From: Raillietiella orientalis
Taxonomy: Eukaryota
Direction: 5' to 3'
Length of the DNA stretch: 64,000 nucleotides
Assembly (NCBI GenBank): GCA_036172245.1
Contig: JAYWIR010000011.1
Location: 2,108,001-2,172,000, forward strand
Below are positions 12,101 to 24,660 of this stretch, piece by piece (the stretch's first letter is position 1; the number at the start of each line of letters is the position of its first letter). The position numbers were made by a program, and so were the translations under genes. Below the pieces are notes generated by a model. That model saw only the letters and a program-made list of their open reading frames with translations, was not told the DNA's origin and made no database searches.

Positions 12101-15100
12101 GACACGGCAAGGATTGCTGCGTCCAGTGGGGACCGGGCCACAGCCTTCCCCTCCCCCTTCCTTCCGCCTTGGGACCGCCAGGCGCGACGCGGGGCGGGGA
12201 GGGAGGAGTGCTTGAAGGCGAGGCGACGCTGACCGCAGGTCGAGGGTCCCGCGTGGCGGACTCCTAGGCGGCAGGGCAGCATTGTGCGGGGTCAGCGAGC
12301 CCGACTATCTCCGATAGTACTGGAAGTTACCGTTGCGGCGCTCACTACCTTCCCCTCCAAACAACCGCCTCGACGCGATCCCCCCCCCCCCCCCTCCCTG
12401 AAGAGGGGAGGGGGAAGAAGGGCGGGAGGGAGGAACTTGCAGGGTGGACAGATGCGGAAGAGGGGGCGAGGGAGTGTCCGAGAACCGCCACGAGGGGTGC
12501 GCACCACATCAGTCGGACCACCGCCAGGAGTGCGCGAGCGCGAAGGTAGCAACCCAAGCTTGGCGTCGCACGCTAGATGTGCGCTGCCGCTGCTCGCTGG
12601 ACCGCCTCCGCAAGAAGTGGGGAGCTGGCGCGCGTCCGCCCTCCAGTCCTCCCGTGCGAAGCTTCCTTCCCCTCCGTGGGGGCGCGGCAAAGGGGACCTC
12701 AGCCGTCGTCCCGGATGCCTCCCGTTGCCAGGGTCGCAGGACCTTCCGGAACGGCGCGCGTCGCCTCCGCGCAGTCTCACGGCGGCGGCTCCTCCCCGTC
12801 CGCCTGCAGCGCGGCGGCCGCCTCCTCCCTCGCTGCTGCCACGGGCGAATTCCAGGTGCCCCCGTGGTCTCCCTGGCAGTGAACGGGAACAACCGGTCCG
12901 TGGAGGTGCGCGAAGGAAGTGCCGTGCGCATGGAGTGCTCCGTGAGGCCCACGGACAGCGTCTTCAGCATCCGATGGACCCAGGACGTAAGTCGCCTTCT
13001 CATCCCGGACAGAGGGCTCCTCGAGGAAGGAAGGGAGGGAGGGAGGAAGAAGAAGGGAAAGGGAAGGGGAGGAGGGAGAGAAGAGAGGAGGAGGAGGAGG
13101 AAGTGAGGGAAGACTAGGAAAAAGAAGGGACGATGACAAGGGAGGAGGAAGGGAGGGAGGGAGTCGTCGCCTTACCGTCGCAACTCTTTCCCTTGGCCAC
13201 ATGGCAGCGCCTGCGGTGGGCGGCGTCTCAGTAGCGGGCTGGACGGCGCGTTTTCCCTCGTTGCCCAGAACCCAGCACTCGGGGCGCGGCAAGGGAGGTA
13301 GCCACCTCGATGATGGGCCAGATGGGCTCGCCTTCGGGAGCCTCGGGCGTCGCTCGAGCATGCCCCCTTCCTCGCTATCCCCAGAATCCTCTGCGCCAAG
13401 GAACGCGAGCTCCTTTTGGTGCCGAAGGATCCAGAGGGAAGAGGGTAGGGGGGTGGGGTAGAGCGGAGGTTTTCGTCCGAAGAGCCTGGTGAGATGGGAC
13501 CTCAGGAGGGCTTCTTGGGTCAACCGCCCGTCTGCCAGTCCGGGAGATCCGGGACGGGCGGACCGAATGACGTCCTGGTGACAGTGGCCACCCCAGGCAG
13601 GACCGGAAGAGGGATGGATTGAAAAGGGAGTTCCCTCTTTCCTAGAAGGGGGATGGAAGTTTGGCGTATCCCTCTACGCCACCCCTCCCCCTTTCAGAGG
13701 GGAAGGCGAGGGAGGATTGAGGACTGTCTGCTCTTACTTCTCGGGTCAGAGAGGTCCGGTCCATGGAACTTCCCGATTCCCTGACGCATCGCAGTGTGGG
13801 TGGTTGGGTGGGTCTGGACTCGGAGGTGTTTCTGGGGAGCCTTGCAGTGGAGGTAGGAAAAGCGAGAGGAACGCGACTCCCTTCCCCCATCCCGTGCCAC
13901 CCCCACCCCCGTGGAACGACGTGTGCCCCGCAGAGGAGCAGGGAAAAGAGCGACTGGGGTGACCAAAGGACTCCGCGCGGGGATGGTACAGGGGAGGAGA
14001 TGCAGCAGGTGGCCCCTCCCCTGCCCCAAGGAGCCCCCTCGCCCCAAGAGTTCCGAATCCTTGGACGGGTCCTTCATCTCCTCTCCTTTCTTTCAGGGAC
14101 ATGTCCTGAGGGACGAAAACCAAAGGAACGCCAACGCTGAGAGTGCGCTGCTCCTCCTCGGAAGCGCTCAGAGGGGGAACGCCGGGCTGTACCAGTGCGA
14201 GGCGACCAGCCCCTCGGGCCGGGGGCTCAGCAACCAAGTCGCCCTCTTCGTGCATTGTCAGTAGTCACCTTAGCAACCGCCCCTTCCTCCTCCTCCCTTC
14301 CTCCTCCTGCGAGGTCTCCAGACCCACGGACCGCCCCCACGATTCCCCCCTCCTCGTCTCTCTGCTCTCCTGTTGCATCCACTCGTTAGTGGAGTGGACT
14401 GAGGCTCGGGAGACGGGAGAGGTGAGAACAATCTTCCTCCCCTTTCCCGCCTCCCTCCCCAGAGTTCCAGGAGAACGAAGGCACAGGGGAGGCACCGAGG
14501 GCTTCAAGCGGAAAGAATTGTCCCGATCGGTTCCCAGGGTCAGCTGCTCTGCGGGGAGGGCTTCACCTGGATGCAGAGGAGACCCTCACCCTCCTCCTCC
14601 AGGCGAAAGCTGTGAGGACGGAGAAAGGGAGGGGGGAGGTCAGAAGGGCCTTCTGCCGTCTTGACCTGCTGAAGTCCTGAGGGTGCATCGCTCCTGCACC
14701 GAATTTCCGACCGCATCACGTTGCTGAGGTTGATGGGGGTGTCTCCACCCCCCTCACAGGAATAGGTTCGAGGCCGCGAAAGTGCTGCCGAGAGAGCTGG
14801 AGCGTTCCCGACGAGGAGACAGCGCGTCCCGGAGTTCAAAGTATCCTCCCGCGGTCGACACGCTCGTGTCTTCCTCCGCACAAGCAGGAACCGGCCCCTT
14901 CGCGAGGGGGTGGGTATCCCGGAGGCGGGGTGGTCTTCTCGGGGAGTCAACGCTGATCCTGGGAGGTGGCGTAGGGGGTCGAATGAGCTTTCATAGGGGT
15001 CGACGGCGCCTGGAGCCATCCTCAACTCCAACGGCGTGCCACCGAGTCCTCCGTTGATGCAGGAGGCTCCCCCCATTCCCCGCGCGCGCACGCACGCTTC

Positions 15101-18100
15101 TCGGGACAAGATGCGCACCCGCCCTGCTGTGCGGAGGAGAGCGACTGGAGCGTATCGACTGCCCGCCGATCCTCCAGGGTTGCCAACTTTTTTGTGTTTT
15201 CCCTCGGATTTTTTCTCCTACTGCTCGCCTCGCCAGGAGAGGGAAGGCAGGCGCACCCCTCGATGAGCTTCCGCCCCGCCCTGCCTCGCGAGGCGAGGGC
15301 GCTGCCTCGAAACAGTGTTGCTGTAGAAACTTCGTCCGTCTCATCCCTTCGTTCCCGCGGTCTGAGTCCGCGCCACTTCGATCTTCCTTTGCGAGCGCCT
15401 CCTCAGGCATCGATCCTGATGGGAGAACGGGAGACTTTCGTTTGAGGTCCTCTGCTCCAACTCTAGGAACCTCCACCCGCCTAGAATTCTTCGGGATACT
15501 CACGTCTCTCTTCGAGAGAGGGGGGGGGGAGGTCATGTCTGAGAATAACCTTGGTGGATCCTGGTTCGCTTTCCAGCAAGAGTCGAAGAGGGATAAAGCG
15601 GTCGGCCGCAGGTGCGTTCGCGAAAGAGCTCGAGGGAGTGCAGGCGTTCAGGTTGCTCTCTACTGACTGCCTCCCGGCCTCCTTCCTTCGCGTGCCGACC
15701 TCCGGCAGGTGATCTCTGACCTTCCCATCATCCCGATCGATGTTACGACAGCGACTTCGAGAAAGAAGAATGGACTGGCTTGGTGAGTGAGAAGGAGGGA
15801 GGTTGAGGGTCTGGCCTCCGGCCACTTCGCAACGGGAAAGAGATCCTGTCCCCATAGCAGTGCGGCGTACGAGGCGCCCGTACACGCATCCTTTTGGCCC
15901 CATTATCGATCGACTGCTGACCAGGAGCAGCTGCTGGGCTGACAAAGGGCTGAATGTCTTGGACTTCGGCAGTCTTCGCGGAGGCCTTCTCCAGGGCCGT
16001 GGGCTTCCCATCTCTCGTTTTGCGCTCTTGGACGCTGACGGCCCCTGCCCCTTTTCTTGACTGCCCACCGTTCCGAAGTCCACGGAGGAGACAAAGAGGC
16101 AACCGTTCCACCCTCCTCCTCCCCAGAGCTTCTTCCCCCGCCCTCTCCGTCGCCTCCATCCCGGGCCCGCGAGCGACCTTCCCTCTCTGACTCCCTTTTT
16201 CCATCTCCTCCCTAGCGGCTGTTCGTTCCGGCTGCTGTCTAGCACGGAGGGAGAATTCAGGGAAACCTGGAGCTTTCCCGGTGGTCTCCGAGTCCCAGGC
16301 TTCCCCAAATGGCATTCGTGGAGGGCGAGCTTATTCGAGGATGTCAAGCCATCGAGAGGCGAACGCACAAGGCATGGTCACGGCTTGCCACTGACGATGG
16401 AGTCTGATGTCGTGAGAGGCGATTGACATGCAAAGAGCGCAGTCTGGGATGCTCACGCGGCGCAGGGACTGTGGGACCGGATGGTCGCGTGGGATTCGGC
16501 CGATGCTTTATATAGGTGGAAGACTTATAAATAGCAGCGTTTAAGCACCACTGATAGGGATGCTAGAATTACCCTCCACATGGCTCCTAGCTGTAAGAGA
16601 AAGACGAAACATATGGCTCCGGCGCGCGATCGGTACTGGATTTCAAGAAAGCGAGTGGTAAGCTCGTAGGACGGCATCTAAAGGAGACTCTGGGAGGAAG
16701 TGGGTACAGGACAGCTAAAACCTCAGCTCGGAAAGATGGAGGGAGTCCTCAGGAAACGAAGGGGTGAAGGTCTTCGTGGCCCTCTTGGAGAACCACCCGC
16801 ATTACATGGCGCCGGCCAGAGCAGGGGACATTTGAGAAAGTTTCCCTTCCGAGAAAGAAGACTTCGCCATCTCGATTTGTTGGAGGATCCGGAGGAACCG
16901 ATTTTCGAGGAAGGGATGACTTCCTGTTGCTCTGATGCCTACTCCGTCTTGATCAATGGTCGTCTGTGACGCAAGCCTCCCGCAGCGCTATTCTGCAAGG
17001 GTTGTGCAGGCGTGGTGGCGCCGGGGTAGAAAATTCCGTGCCTCGGTTCTTGCGGGAAGTCAGGTCGTCCCATGAGGTCTTCCTGTGTTCTGTGGTGCCG
17101 TCTGCGTCCTCTTTAGGATGCAGACCAAGCCGATCTGAGAGAGCCTCGGAGTGCCCTCTGGCGGCCGTCGAACGCGGAGAAGACGGCGACACGATCCTCA
17201 TTTCCGTTTCCTCGAACTGCTAAAATGGTTCCGGAGCAGCACACCATGATTTTCCAGCTCTCCCGTCGCTCGCAGGCTCATCCCTGCTGTGCATTGTCCC
17301 CCCTCCCCCTCCTTTCCCCTCGGACTGTCGAGGGCGACTGTTTCGCGGCAGTCTGCACCGGCAGTGATGGCGTTGGGGATTCCGGCATCCTCCGGAAACC
17401 CAGAGAAAAGGACTGCCTTCTTTCTCCCTGGCGCTTTCGCCAAGGGAGGCAGCGTGCTGGAACCCGTCTTCGCCACCCACTGCGCCTATGCTCGCATTCG
17501 GATTTGTCTTCTCCCATGCGAGCGCAGGCGTAGTAGGCGGCGAAGAGAGCGTTTCTTCCCCCATTCCCTCGTAGGTTTCGAAACCGCTCACGTTTGTTCG
17601 TCCCGCGAAGCCTGTACCAAGGGTTTAATAAGGAAGATGCGCTTCCTGGTCAAGAGATGGCGTGGGGAGATGGAATGAATCGAGGAAGGAGACTTGCCCG
17701 CGCCTCCAAAGAGAAGTCTGCTCAGAGGACAGCTGGAGTTGCCTAAGACGGAACCTTGGAACGCTTGCGTGCACGGACGGGTGCGCTCCCGGACGCGAGC
17801 GCCCCAGATTCTCGGTCCGCATCCCGTTCCTTTTGAACGACAGTGGACCTCTTTCGCAGACTGTGCTCCTTTCTTGCCCACACGGGCACGGCACCCTGTT
17901 GCGCTCCTCCGCTGCCCTGACCAGCCTCAAAAGGAGACCTTCGTGGGTTTCCCTCTCTCTTTCCTCGTGAGTCTCCTGGAAGAGAGCGGAAGAGAGATCG
18001 CTGGGACCGCGTACAGGATGAGAGGGCGCTCCTCCCTCAGAAAGCTGCTCGTCTCGCACTGGTAAGGGGAGTCCCTCCCAAACCCCCTCGCCCCCTGCCT

Positions 18101-21100
18101 TGGGATCGAAAGGAGTGGGACAAAAGCAGGAGTGAAGGTCCCGGAGGCAGCAGAAACTTTCCTATGGTGCCTCGTCACAGCAGTCTGGAGCCACCTAATG
18201 CTCTTCTTCCCCAGAGGATGCACAGTACCTCAGAAAACCCACTAAACCCTGACGAAAGAGCCTCTGAGTCATGCGCGGCGTTTGCGCGACTCAAGGAGGT
18301 GCTAAAGTTCCAGAGCCGCGGTTTCAAGGAGCAAAGGGCAGCAGGCAAGAAGGAGTCGGTTGATGATCACCTCTCTTCCTCCTCCCGCGATTAATGAGAG
18401 GAGAAGTCACGGGTTTATTCGAAGGTGGGAGCAGATTTGGGGACCCTGGATCGGCTCGAAAGTGAAGCTCCCGAAGGATGCCACGGCGAGTGCACATCGG
18501 AGACTGCTGCGTGGCTACAGGAACAATGCGAGGATTCGACGGGATGAACGACCTGCCCATTCCGGCGGCCCCGGGTTCGTCGGAAAGGACACTCCATTCC
18601 AGGGACGCAGGCGGGGCGCGTCCGAGCTTCCGTTCTGCTGAGCGACCTCGGATGAAGAGTCCCTGCAAGAAGCTACCGAACGTCTCCACGCTCCTGGCGC
18701 CCCGCAGGATTTGTCTCGCTTGGTTTTCCCTTTCCCTCCGAGACAGCAGCCTTTTGTTGGCTAGCCCGCACGCGGATGTTCGGATCTGAGAGAGAGGGGA
18801 GCTCCACCGCCGGGCTGAGATGGCCGCCGCGTGCCCTATTCAAGCTCGATACGACGAGGGTGACCTCGGAGCTACTGGTTTTTCCTCACTTCTCCCCGTC
18901 AGCGTAACCCCCACCATCGCTGCCCGTGAGCCTTGGAGGAGAAGGCGCTCGGCCCGGATCCAGCATCCCTTGGCCTGCCACTCCGACTATCTACGGAGGC
19001 TGAAGAAGTGGAACGACTGACCTCGTGCGGGACTCTTTTGACTGTCGCCAGGGAATTTGATCTCAGGAAAGGGAGGCTCGCTCTGACACCGGTCCTCTCC
19101 TCGCTCTTGAGCTGTGTGAGGAATCCGGCGTATGCGTACGAACGGTTGCCACGTGGGCGCGCAATCTTTTTCGCGGCTTCGAGGATGCGGCGGTGCACAT
19201 TCATCCGCGGTACAGAGCGCGCGAACAGGGTGGCGGCCCACCACCACCTTAACCCGCTCGCGTCATAAAGCTCTGAGCGCGCACTTTCTCCCTACTTGCA
19301 AGGCGTTGCTGATAAACCGCTGAACAGACGGAGCAAAGGTGGTGTAGGCGATCGACAGTGGTGGCCCGTCTCAACCTACCAAGAATCGCCTTCCTTCTTG
19401 TAGTTTAGGAATATGCAAGGATGGAAGACTGGGAGACGCCCCACAGGCAAATGTACGGGATCGAGATGGGTTGAAAGGCCGCGTAACCAGGGAAAAGGGA
19501 AGACATCTTTGCCCTCCAAAGTTTTCTAGGCGTTTTCGCGAAGCTGCTGAGTCTGTTGGATACAACGGCATCCTCCGAGAGTTCCGAGAAGTTTGCTGGC
19601 TCCACTCTCGCTCATTCATGGTGGTGGTGGAGTTTATCGAAGAGGCAGTCGGAACAAGACGTGAACTCAAAGAGATGGGAACATCCCAGAGTCACGTTGC
19701 TTGATGTGCAGCGTGACTAGTTGGATAGAAATAGAAAAGTTGATCTCCTTGCTCAAATTTAATTATCTCCGGCTACCGTGAGGATGCGATCCGGCAGCCA
19801 GCCGGAAGAATAAAGCTGCAAAGAGCAACCCCCCTCCCCCCCCCCCCCCAAAAAAAAAAAAAAACAGTGAGGAAGAAGATAACGATGCTGAGAGGAACAC
19901 GTCTCAGATTCAAATCGGATTCGTCTGACACGAGCAAATTCAGTCTTTAAATACATTAAGAATCGGAGCTGCAAGCCTTAAGGAAACCGGAAGACTTCGA
20001 GAGGACTCCTCTCTCCTGGAATGAAGTCAGGGAGAAACGCGGAGATTCCGCTCGTTGCATGCGGGGAAACCTGGAGGGACGCTTGCAGGGCGGGGGAAGG
20101 GTTGCTCTGAGCCAGCCAAAGAAACGAAAGCAGGAAATGAAAGCAGACCGTTTGGGAGCCCGAAATAATCTTAAACTGCGTTACATACATACATATATAT
20201 AAATATATATATGTGTGTGTGTGTGTATGACTGAAAACAAGAGGCGCCTCAAGCATGGGTCATTCGTGAAGCGCGGTTACTTGCCTGAAGAGAGAATCTC
20301 GCGGTTGAATTTTCCATATGCTCGTCAGCCATTGTTAGGTGTATTTGGTGCGAGAGGATTTTCTTTTTGATGTCCGCATGCCCGTGCTGGACTCATCCCG
20401 GATGAGGAAACTTTGGAGCTGCATCCTCCGGTCATTGCATGCTCTTCGGGTGAACACTTCGGTGCCGGAGGCTTGAATCCTGCTCTCGCTAACAGGATTT
20501 TGCCACCAGGCTCTTGAAAACCTGGAGAGAGAACGACAGGCAGACTCAGACCCGGTGCGTTCTCCTCCCTCCCTTCCTCTTCCTCCTTCTTCCTTCCCTT
20601 CCCTTCCTCTTCCTCCTCCTCTCTTCCCCCGTTCCTCTTCCTGCCACCGTAAATGGTTCACGCCTCAGGGGAAGGGCAGCACGAAGTTCTTCCCCTTTGC
20701 TCTTCGTTGACTCCCTCCGCCGGGAATCCTCGGGAGCGTTGTCATGCCTACCACTCGCTCTCTCAGGCGCTGCACTTCCCGTTTTTCCTCCCCCACCCAC
20801 CTTGCTTGCGCCGACAAGGCATCGCGACTGTTTGCGACGCGGTAGAGATGATGATGGTCCCTGGGTGGCAACCACGGAAGAGAGCAGGATGGTGGAATTG
20901 GCAGAGCACTGGAGGAGGGAGGGCGATCCGCAGCTCGTGAGGGGTGCCAACGAGGGAGGGACGGAAGACCCTCAGCATTTGGAGCGTCTGGAGAGGCGGG
21001 CCCCTTTCTCCTGAAGAAGAAGCCCGAAGAGGGGGACGGGGAAGTGGAGAGACGCTATCAGCCTTCTCTCCCCTGCCTGAAAAGCGCCTTCTTCCCGGTC

Positions 21101-22245
21101 CCTTTTCCCTCGGGAGTCTCCTCCCCCTATGGATGTTCGAGTTTGTGCTGGAGGGGATCAGAAGAAGAGAGAGGACAAGGACTTCTCCCGTTAGCTTCAG
21201 GTGCTCCTGGCCGCGTCTCTCCCGAGGCTCTGATAGGCCGTCGAAAACACACGAAAAGATGTGGGGAAAAAGTGGGATGCGAGGGACAGGAAGAAGGGAT
21301 CGTCTCCCTCGAGGTCTCGGGAAGGTTCCCGGAGTCCACGCAGAAGAGGACGCACCCCTCTTCCGGTGAGGGGGAAATGGACGACCGGCCTGATGGCGTT
21401 CCAGAGCGATTAGCTGCCTACAGGGCCCCTAGAACACCCTCCGGCGGAAGCCCTTCTCCCGACGGGGCAGAAGGGCAGCTTCCCCTCCCGGTGAAAGGAG
21501 AGGAAGGGCACCCCCTTCCTAGATGGAACGCGGGGTGAGGAAGATGGCGGAGGGAGCGGAAGGCGAGGGGCGCATCCGACGAAGCGGAGGAAGCCCATGT
21601 GAGGGGCGTGACCGTCTGAAGGGAAGAAGGAAGGAGGCAAAGGGAATCTCCCCTTTGTCTCCTTCCGCGAAAGAAAAGGAAGAAAGGAAGGTCCCATGGA
21701 AGTGCCACCTCCAGGACTTCCGCCCGACCTTCCGGGGGAGACTCCCCGGCAGGAAGGATGGCCTCGCATGCTGACCGAGGAGCTGTGACAGGAAATAGGC
21801 GGCGGTGGCGGTGGAGAGGCCATCCCATCCATCCCTCTCTCCTCCTTTGCCTATCGTCCTCGACCTTCCTCCCTCCACACACACCCCTCGATCCCTCCCC
21901 CGTCCGAACTCCACACGGCTTTCGTCTCGTGTGTTGCAGTCAAGCCGGTCTGCGCGCAGAAGGTGCCGCAGGGTCCCACGTTCCAGGCGAGCGGCCTCAT
22001 CCTGTGCGCCGTGGATTCCCACCCGCCTCCGACGGTCTTCCACTGGGTCGTGCACCGGCCGGGCTCCTCGTCTCCACCGCTCCCCATTCCGCTGCTCGCC
22101 GACGAGGCCAACGGCAGCAGGAGCAGCTTCTCTCCGCTGGACCACGTCGGCCTGTCTGTCTCCGAGTCGGCGACAGTGCTTTGCTGGGCCCGGAACGCCG
22201 TGGGCGAGCAGGCGGAGCCCTGCGTGTTCTCTGTCGTCCCGGAAG
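2980..22245 (+). CDS. Sidestep (Side)-family immunoglobulin-superfamily cell-surface protein, multi-exon, partial (second half of Ig1 through Ig5)
   Basis: Eight exons with canonical AG/GT ends and matching phases: 2980-3176, 7854-7964, 8056-8259, 11554-11699, 11794-11938, 12856-12986, 14097-14256, 21940-22245 (1400 nt, open frame). Side-type motifs: SIDAR..HW, EDEGFYRCRID, VPP..GPF..LVC..GKPIPRVTWW, GSRP, GLYQCEA, FKPVC, LCWARNAVGEQAEPCVF. An intact first half of Ig1 and the FN3/TM exons were not located. Confidence 0.9.
3807..3975 (+). mobile_element. tRNA-headed SINE-like element, 5' part (same family as 42371-43479)
   Basis: B-box ggttcgaatcc at 3860-3870; ccgcgtgcggcacc and gcaggatggcgctggttggcc match ccgcgtgtggcacc and gcaagatggcactggttggcc of the 42.4 kb copy. 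Confidence 0.7.
4499..4860 (-). mobile_element. Degenerate non-LTR retrotransposon 3' region (zf-RVT/CCHC-like, L1/Tx1-type)
   Basis: IPLKWQESALMLLYWGL...ARCRERESLSHLLVDC resembles the C-terminal Cx2C..E..HL..C knuckle. Confidence 0.5.
5040..5430 (+). mobile_element. SINE-like element, body/3' part (same family as 42371-43479)
   Basis: caagtgtgagaggaatggact at 5323 and gagcccttcctggattcatagg at 5354-5375 match 43117-43161; UUCG hairpins at 5130-5145 and 5305-5314. Confidence 0.8.
7854..7964 (+). CDS. Side-family exon: N-terminal half of Ig2
   Basis: ttccag|TT; (V)PPQEVEIKSCDGNVTGTTAGPFLLGQDLCLVCRSRR(G); donor gtacgc; phase 1-1. Confidence 0.85.
8056..8259 (+). CDS. Side-family exon: C-terminal half of Ig2
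   Basis: (G)KPIPRVTWWRSSSLLDSTYATSQEGWTENRISIRNLTRNHDSNELTCDVRNSDLAPALRLHARIAMQ; donor gtgagt. Confidence 0.9.
8528..8898. mobile_element. Tigger/pogo-like MITE (Tc1/mariner superfamily), 371 bp
   Basis: TA on both flanks; left end CAGTGGCGCCTCCGTACTCG versus reverse complement of right end CAGGCGTACCTCGGTACTCG; internal repeats of cggaactcg/cggtactcg. Confidence 0.75.
9700..9972 (+). pseudogene. Degenerate duplicate (pseudo-exon) of the Side Ig2a exon with flanking intron
   Basis: Aligns to ~7750-8015 (gggaagggaaac, cacgtgagcgtgcagagagccacc, gcgacggaaacgtgacgg, tggtgtgcaggagccgaa, gggacatcctccgc); original acceptor cttccag is now cttccgc, donor gtacgc is lost, and there are internal deletions. 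Confidence 0.85.
11554..11699 (+). CDS. Side-family exon: N-terminal half of Ig3
   Basis: cgtag|TG; (L)TPLSISLVIPAGPLAAGKEVNVRCILYGSRPTSRFSWFFGGKAIPSSQ; donor gtcggt. Confidence 0.9.
11794..11938 (+). CDS. Side-family exon: C-terminal half of Ig3
   Basis: ttccag|; VRPLKDGASSSVRLVLSEEDSGKVLTCRGHNPLFPDVGLEESFATEVS; donor gtgagt. Confidence 0.9.
12856..12986 (+). CDS. Side-family exon: N-terminal half of Ig4
   Basis: ttccag|GT; (R)APVVSLAVNGNNRSVEVREGSAVRMECSVRPTDSVFSIRWTQD; donor gtaagt. Confidence 0.9.
14097..14256 (+). CDS. Side-family exon: C-terminal half of Ig4
   Basis: tttcag|; GHVLRDENQRNANAESALLLLGSAQRGNAGLYQCEATSPSGRGLSNQVALFVH; donor gtcagt. Confidence 0.9.
18400..19270 (+). mobile_element. 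Possible highly decayed non-LTR retrotransposon ORF2 3' region
   Basis: Scattered LINE-like peptides: WEQIWGPW..KLP....AHRRL; EGDLGATGF; AYERLP....CTF. Confidence 0.25.
21940..22245 (+). CDS. Side-family exon: Ig5
   Basis: ttgcag|TC; (F)KPVCAQK...ILCAVDSHPPPTVFHW...ATVLCWARNAVGEQAEPCVFSVVPE(G); donor gtaagc. Confidence 0.9.
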
Positions 22246-23899
22246 GTAAGCTCGAAGGAAGGGAGCCGCCCTCCCAGGGATACCCGCTCACCCCAGTTTC
22301 CCGGCGCGGGTCGCCGTCCCGCAACTCAGAGGGGTCTCGCCGCTCAGGAGGACGAAGCGATTCGTTTATCCCCGGGAGGATTGGGGTAGAAGGAGAATGT
22401 GGCTACCCGTTGGACTGAGGGGAGGTGACCTTGGGGAGCTTCGATAGAATTGTATTGATCCCAGCGGCAAGCGGCGGTGAAAACGGACCGTGATGCAGCC
22501 AAGGGGACGTGTTTTGGAAGCGCGACGGGCTGCCCTCTCCTCTGTTCTGCTCGCTTGCCCTGTCATAGAGGGGCGGGAGGAAGGGAGTGGAAGAGGGCCG
22601 GACAGCTTCCACCCTGAGGCTTTCTGCACCGGGAAGGGCTGATCTCAGGACTCTCATGCCCTGCGGTGCTCCGCGTCCCCCCTCCATCGCCGGCAACAAG
22701 GGCCCCAGAGCGCTCTCTCTCCTGCAAGGAGCTGGAAAACCTCTTGACCGCGGTCCCACCAGCCAGCAAGAGTTGCCAGCACCTCTTCTGCCTCGACCGA
22801 GCTCCTTACCCTCAGCATCCTTGGCAGGCAGGATCGCTTGCTCATTTGAGGGCAATATTTTGAACTCCTTGACCTGATGCAGATCAGAAGTGCGTCCGTT
22901 TCTCCCTTTTTTCCTCCTCCTCCCCCTTTTTCTTCCCGTTGACCCCCTTGGTATGAGTTCCATGACCCACTCGTTCAGGGATCCTCCTCCCTACCGGTCT
23001 TAGAAGCAGCGGATGCAACGGTGCCATGCCAACGCAAAGTGAAGAGCACGGAACGGCATCGCCGTGTGCGCAAGACACACGAACAGCTTCTCTGACCTGC
23101 TCTCGTTCTGACACTGCCCAGAAGTCACGCGTCCTCCCTCCTGGGTTCTTCCCCCTTCCCTGTTCGGAACTCGAGAGATTCGCGCAAGATGGCACTGCTT
23201 GGAGGAGCCTCGAAGTGGCCATAACCTCAATGGAGTGGCCAGAGTGAGCGGTCGGGTTCCCTGACTCAGCAAGGTCGGGTCGACGCTGAAACCTCCAAGG
23301 GCTCTCATGGCTTTGAGGTGAAGGGTGTCTCGGGGAGGACAGGACAAGCTCGAGGGGAACAAAGGCGCGGCGAACGTCTCCGATGCTCTCCATCCATGGA
23401 CTGTGGGTTGAGTTCCGTCTGCTTGAGAGCGTCGGCTGGGGGTTCCAAAGAGCGGGCCGGTATTTGCACTTGTCACAAGTCCATCGGATCTTCACAGATG
23501 TGTCCGGAACCGGAAGTTCAGCAAATTTCACCAGCACCTCCCCCTAACGAGATAGAGAAAGCGAAAGCACTGAAAGTAACGAAAAAATCCGTTGGAAACC
23601 GCAGTGCCAGAATCTATGAGCTGTTGTTCGCTTGCCAAAAAAGCCGTTCCATGAGAAAAAGAAAAAGTGCCTAGGAGCCTGTATCCAAGGAAAGCAGTAA
23701 TTCGCTTCCGCCGGAAGTGATAGCTGAGGCAACGGTGCTTATTTGGAAAAAAGAGATGGTAAGCGAAATGACCCGAGGAAGCATTCAAAACTTGAAAATC
23801 CTTGCTAGGAAGGAAAAGCAAACCAATGTCTCAACAGCGTTTTGCGGTTGCGGCCGTGCGGCCCAGGAATGCCGACAGCTCTTCAAATAAACGTTGCCC

Positions 23900-24660
23900 T
23901 CGTTGGCGGCCGTACGGCCGCGGTCTCCGCGCATTGTGCCAAGTGTCGGGAGTTCCAATCCCGCCCGGGGAAGGATCGACTCCGGGAATGGGGAGGGGGA
24001 GGAAGTGCGTCTCGTGGGTTTCCGAATTCCTCCCTCAAAGTGACGCTGGTTGACCTCGGTTGGCTTCGGGTGCCGCATCGGTGGAAACCTCGTTGAGTGG
24101 CTGGGATTTGGAAGTTGTCCCTCCGGGGTTCTTCCAGGGACCAAGAGGGGTTCCCCTCCGGTTGTGCAAATGGAACTCCCCAATCCCTAGGGGGGGGGAG
24201 ACCCTCCATCTCGTACCATGGAGCTGGTGGATTGACACCTCTCCACAGCGTGAAGAAACGCTCTGCTCCCTTCGGGGAGCGACCCCTCAAAGAAAATTGG
24301 AAAGCGTTCGTTCGGGGTTCTCTTCAGAGTTCTCTTCGGGCTTCTAAGGAGCGGCCCCTCTGGGGGGATCCCTCCGGAAGGCAAAAGGAAGAGGCTCCCT
24401 CCCAAGCGTGAGAGGAACGGACTCCTCCCTCCGGTGCCTTCCCGGATGCATAGTGCGGTCCCGCCCCCTATGAATTGAAAAGTTGGCATGCACCTCGGGT
24501 GGCTCGAAACAACGTTGAAGAGCTTCGTGAGCCGTCACGGAAACGACGATTCGTGAGGCACTCGTCGATCCCCCCCCCCTTCCCCTAAAAAAAGGAAAAC
24601 CTGAGGAAAAATAAAAAAGCGAAAAGAGAACAGCCAAAGAGAGAAGCATATAAAAGGATT
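23900..24660 (+). mobile_element. Diverged near-full-length copy of the tRNA-headed SINE-like element
   Basis: Degenerate B-box (agttccaatcccgccc); ttcggggttctcttcagag; caagcgtgagaggaacggactcc at 24403, identical to 43117-43139; GCTCCC-TTCG-GGGAGC hairpin at 24265-24280; A-rich 3' end. Confidence 0.8.
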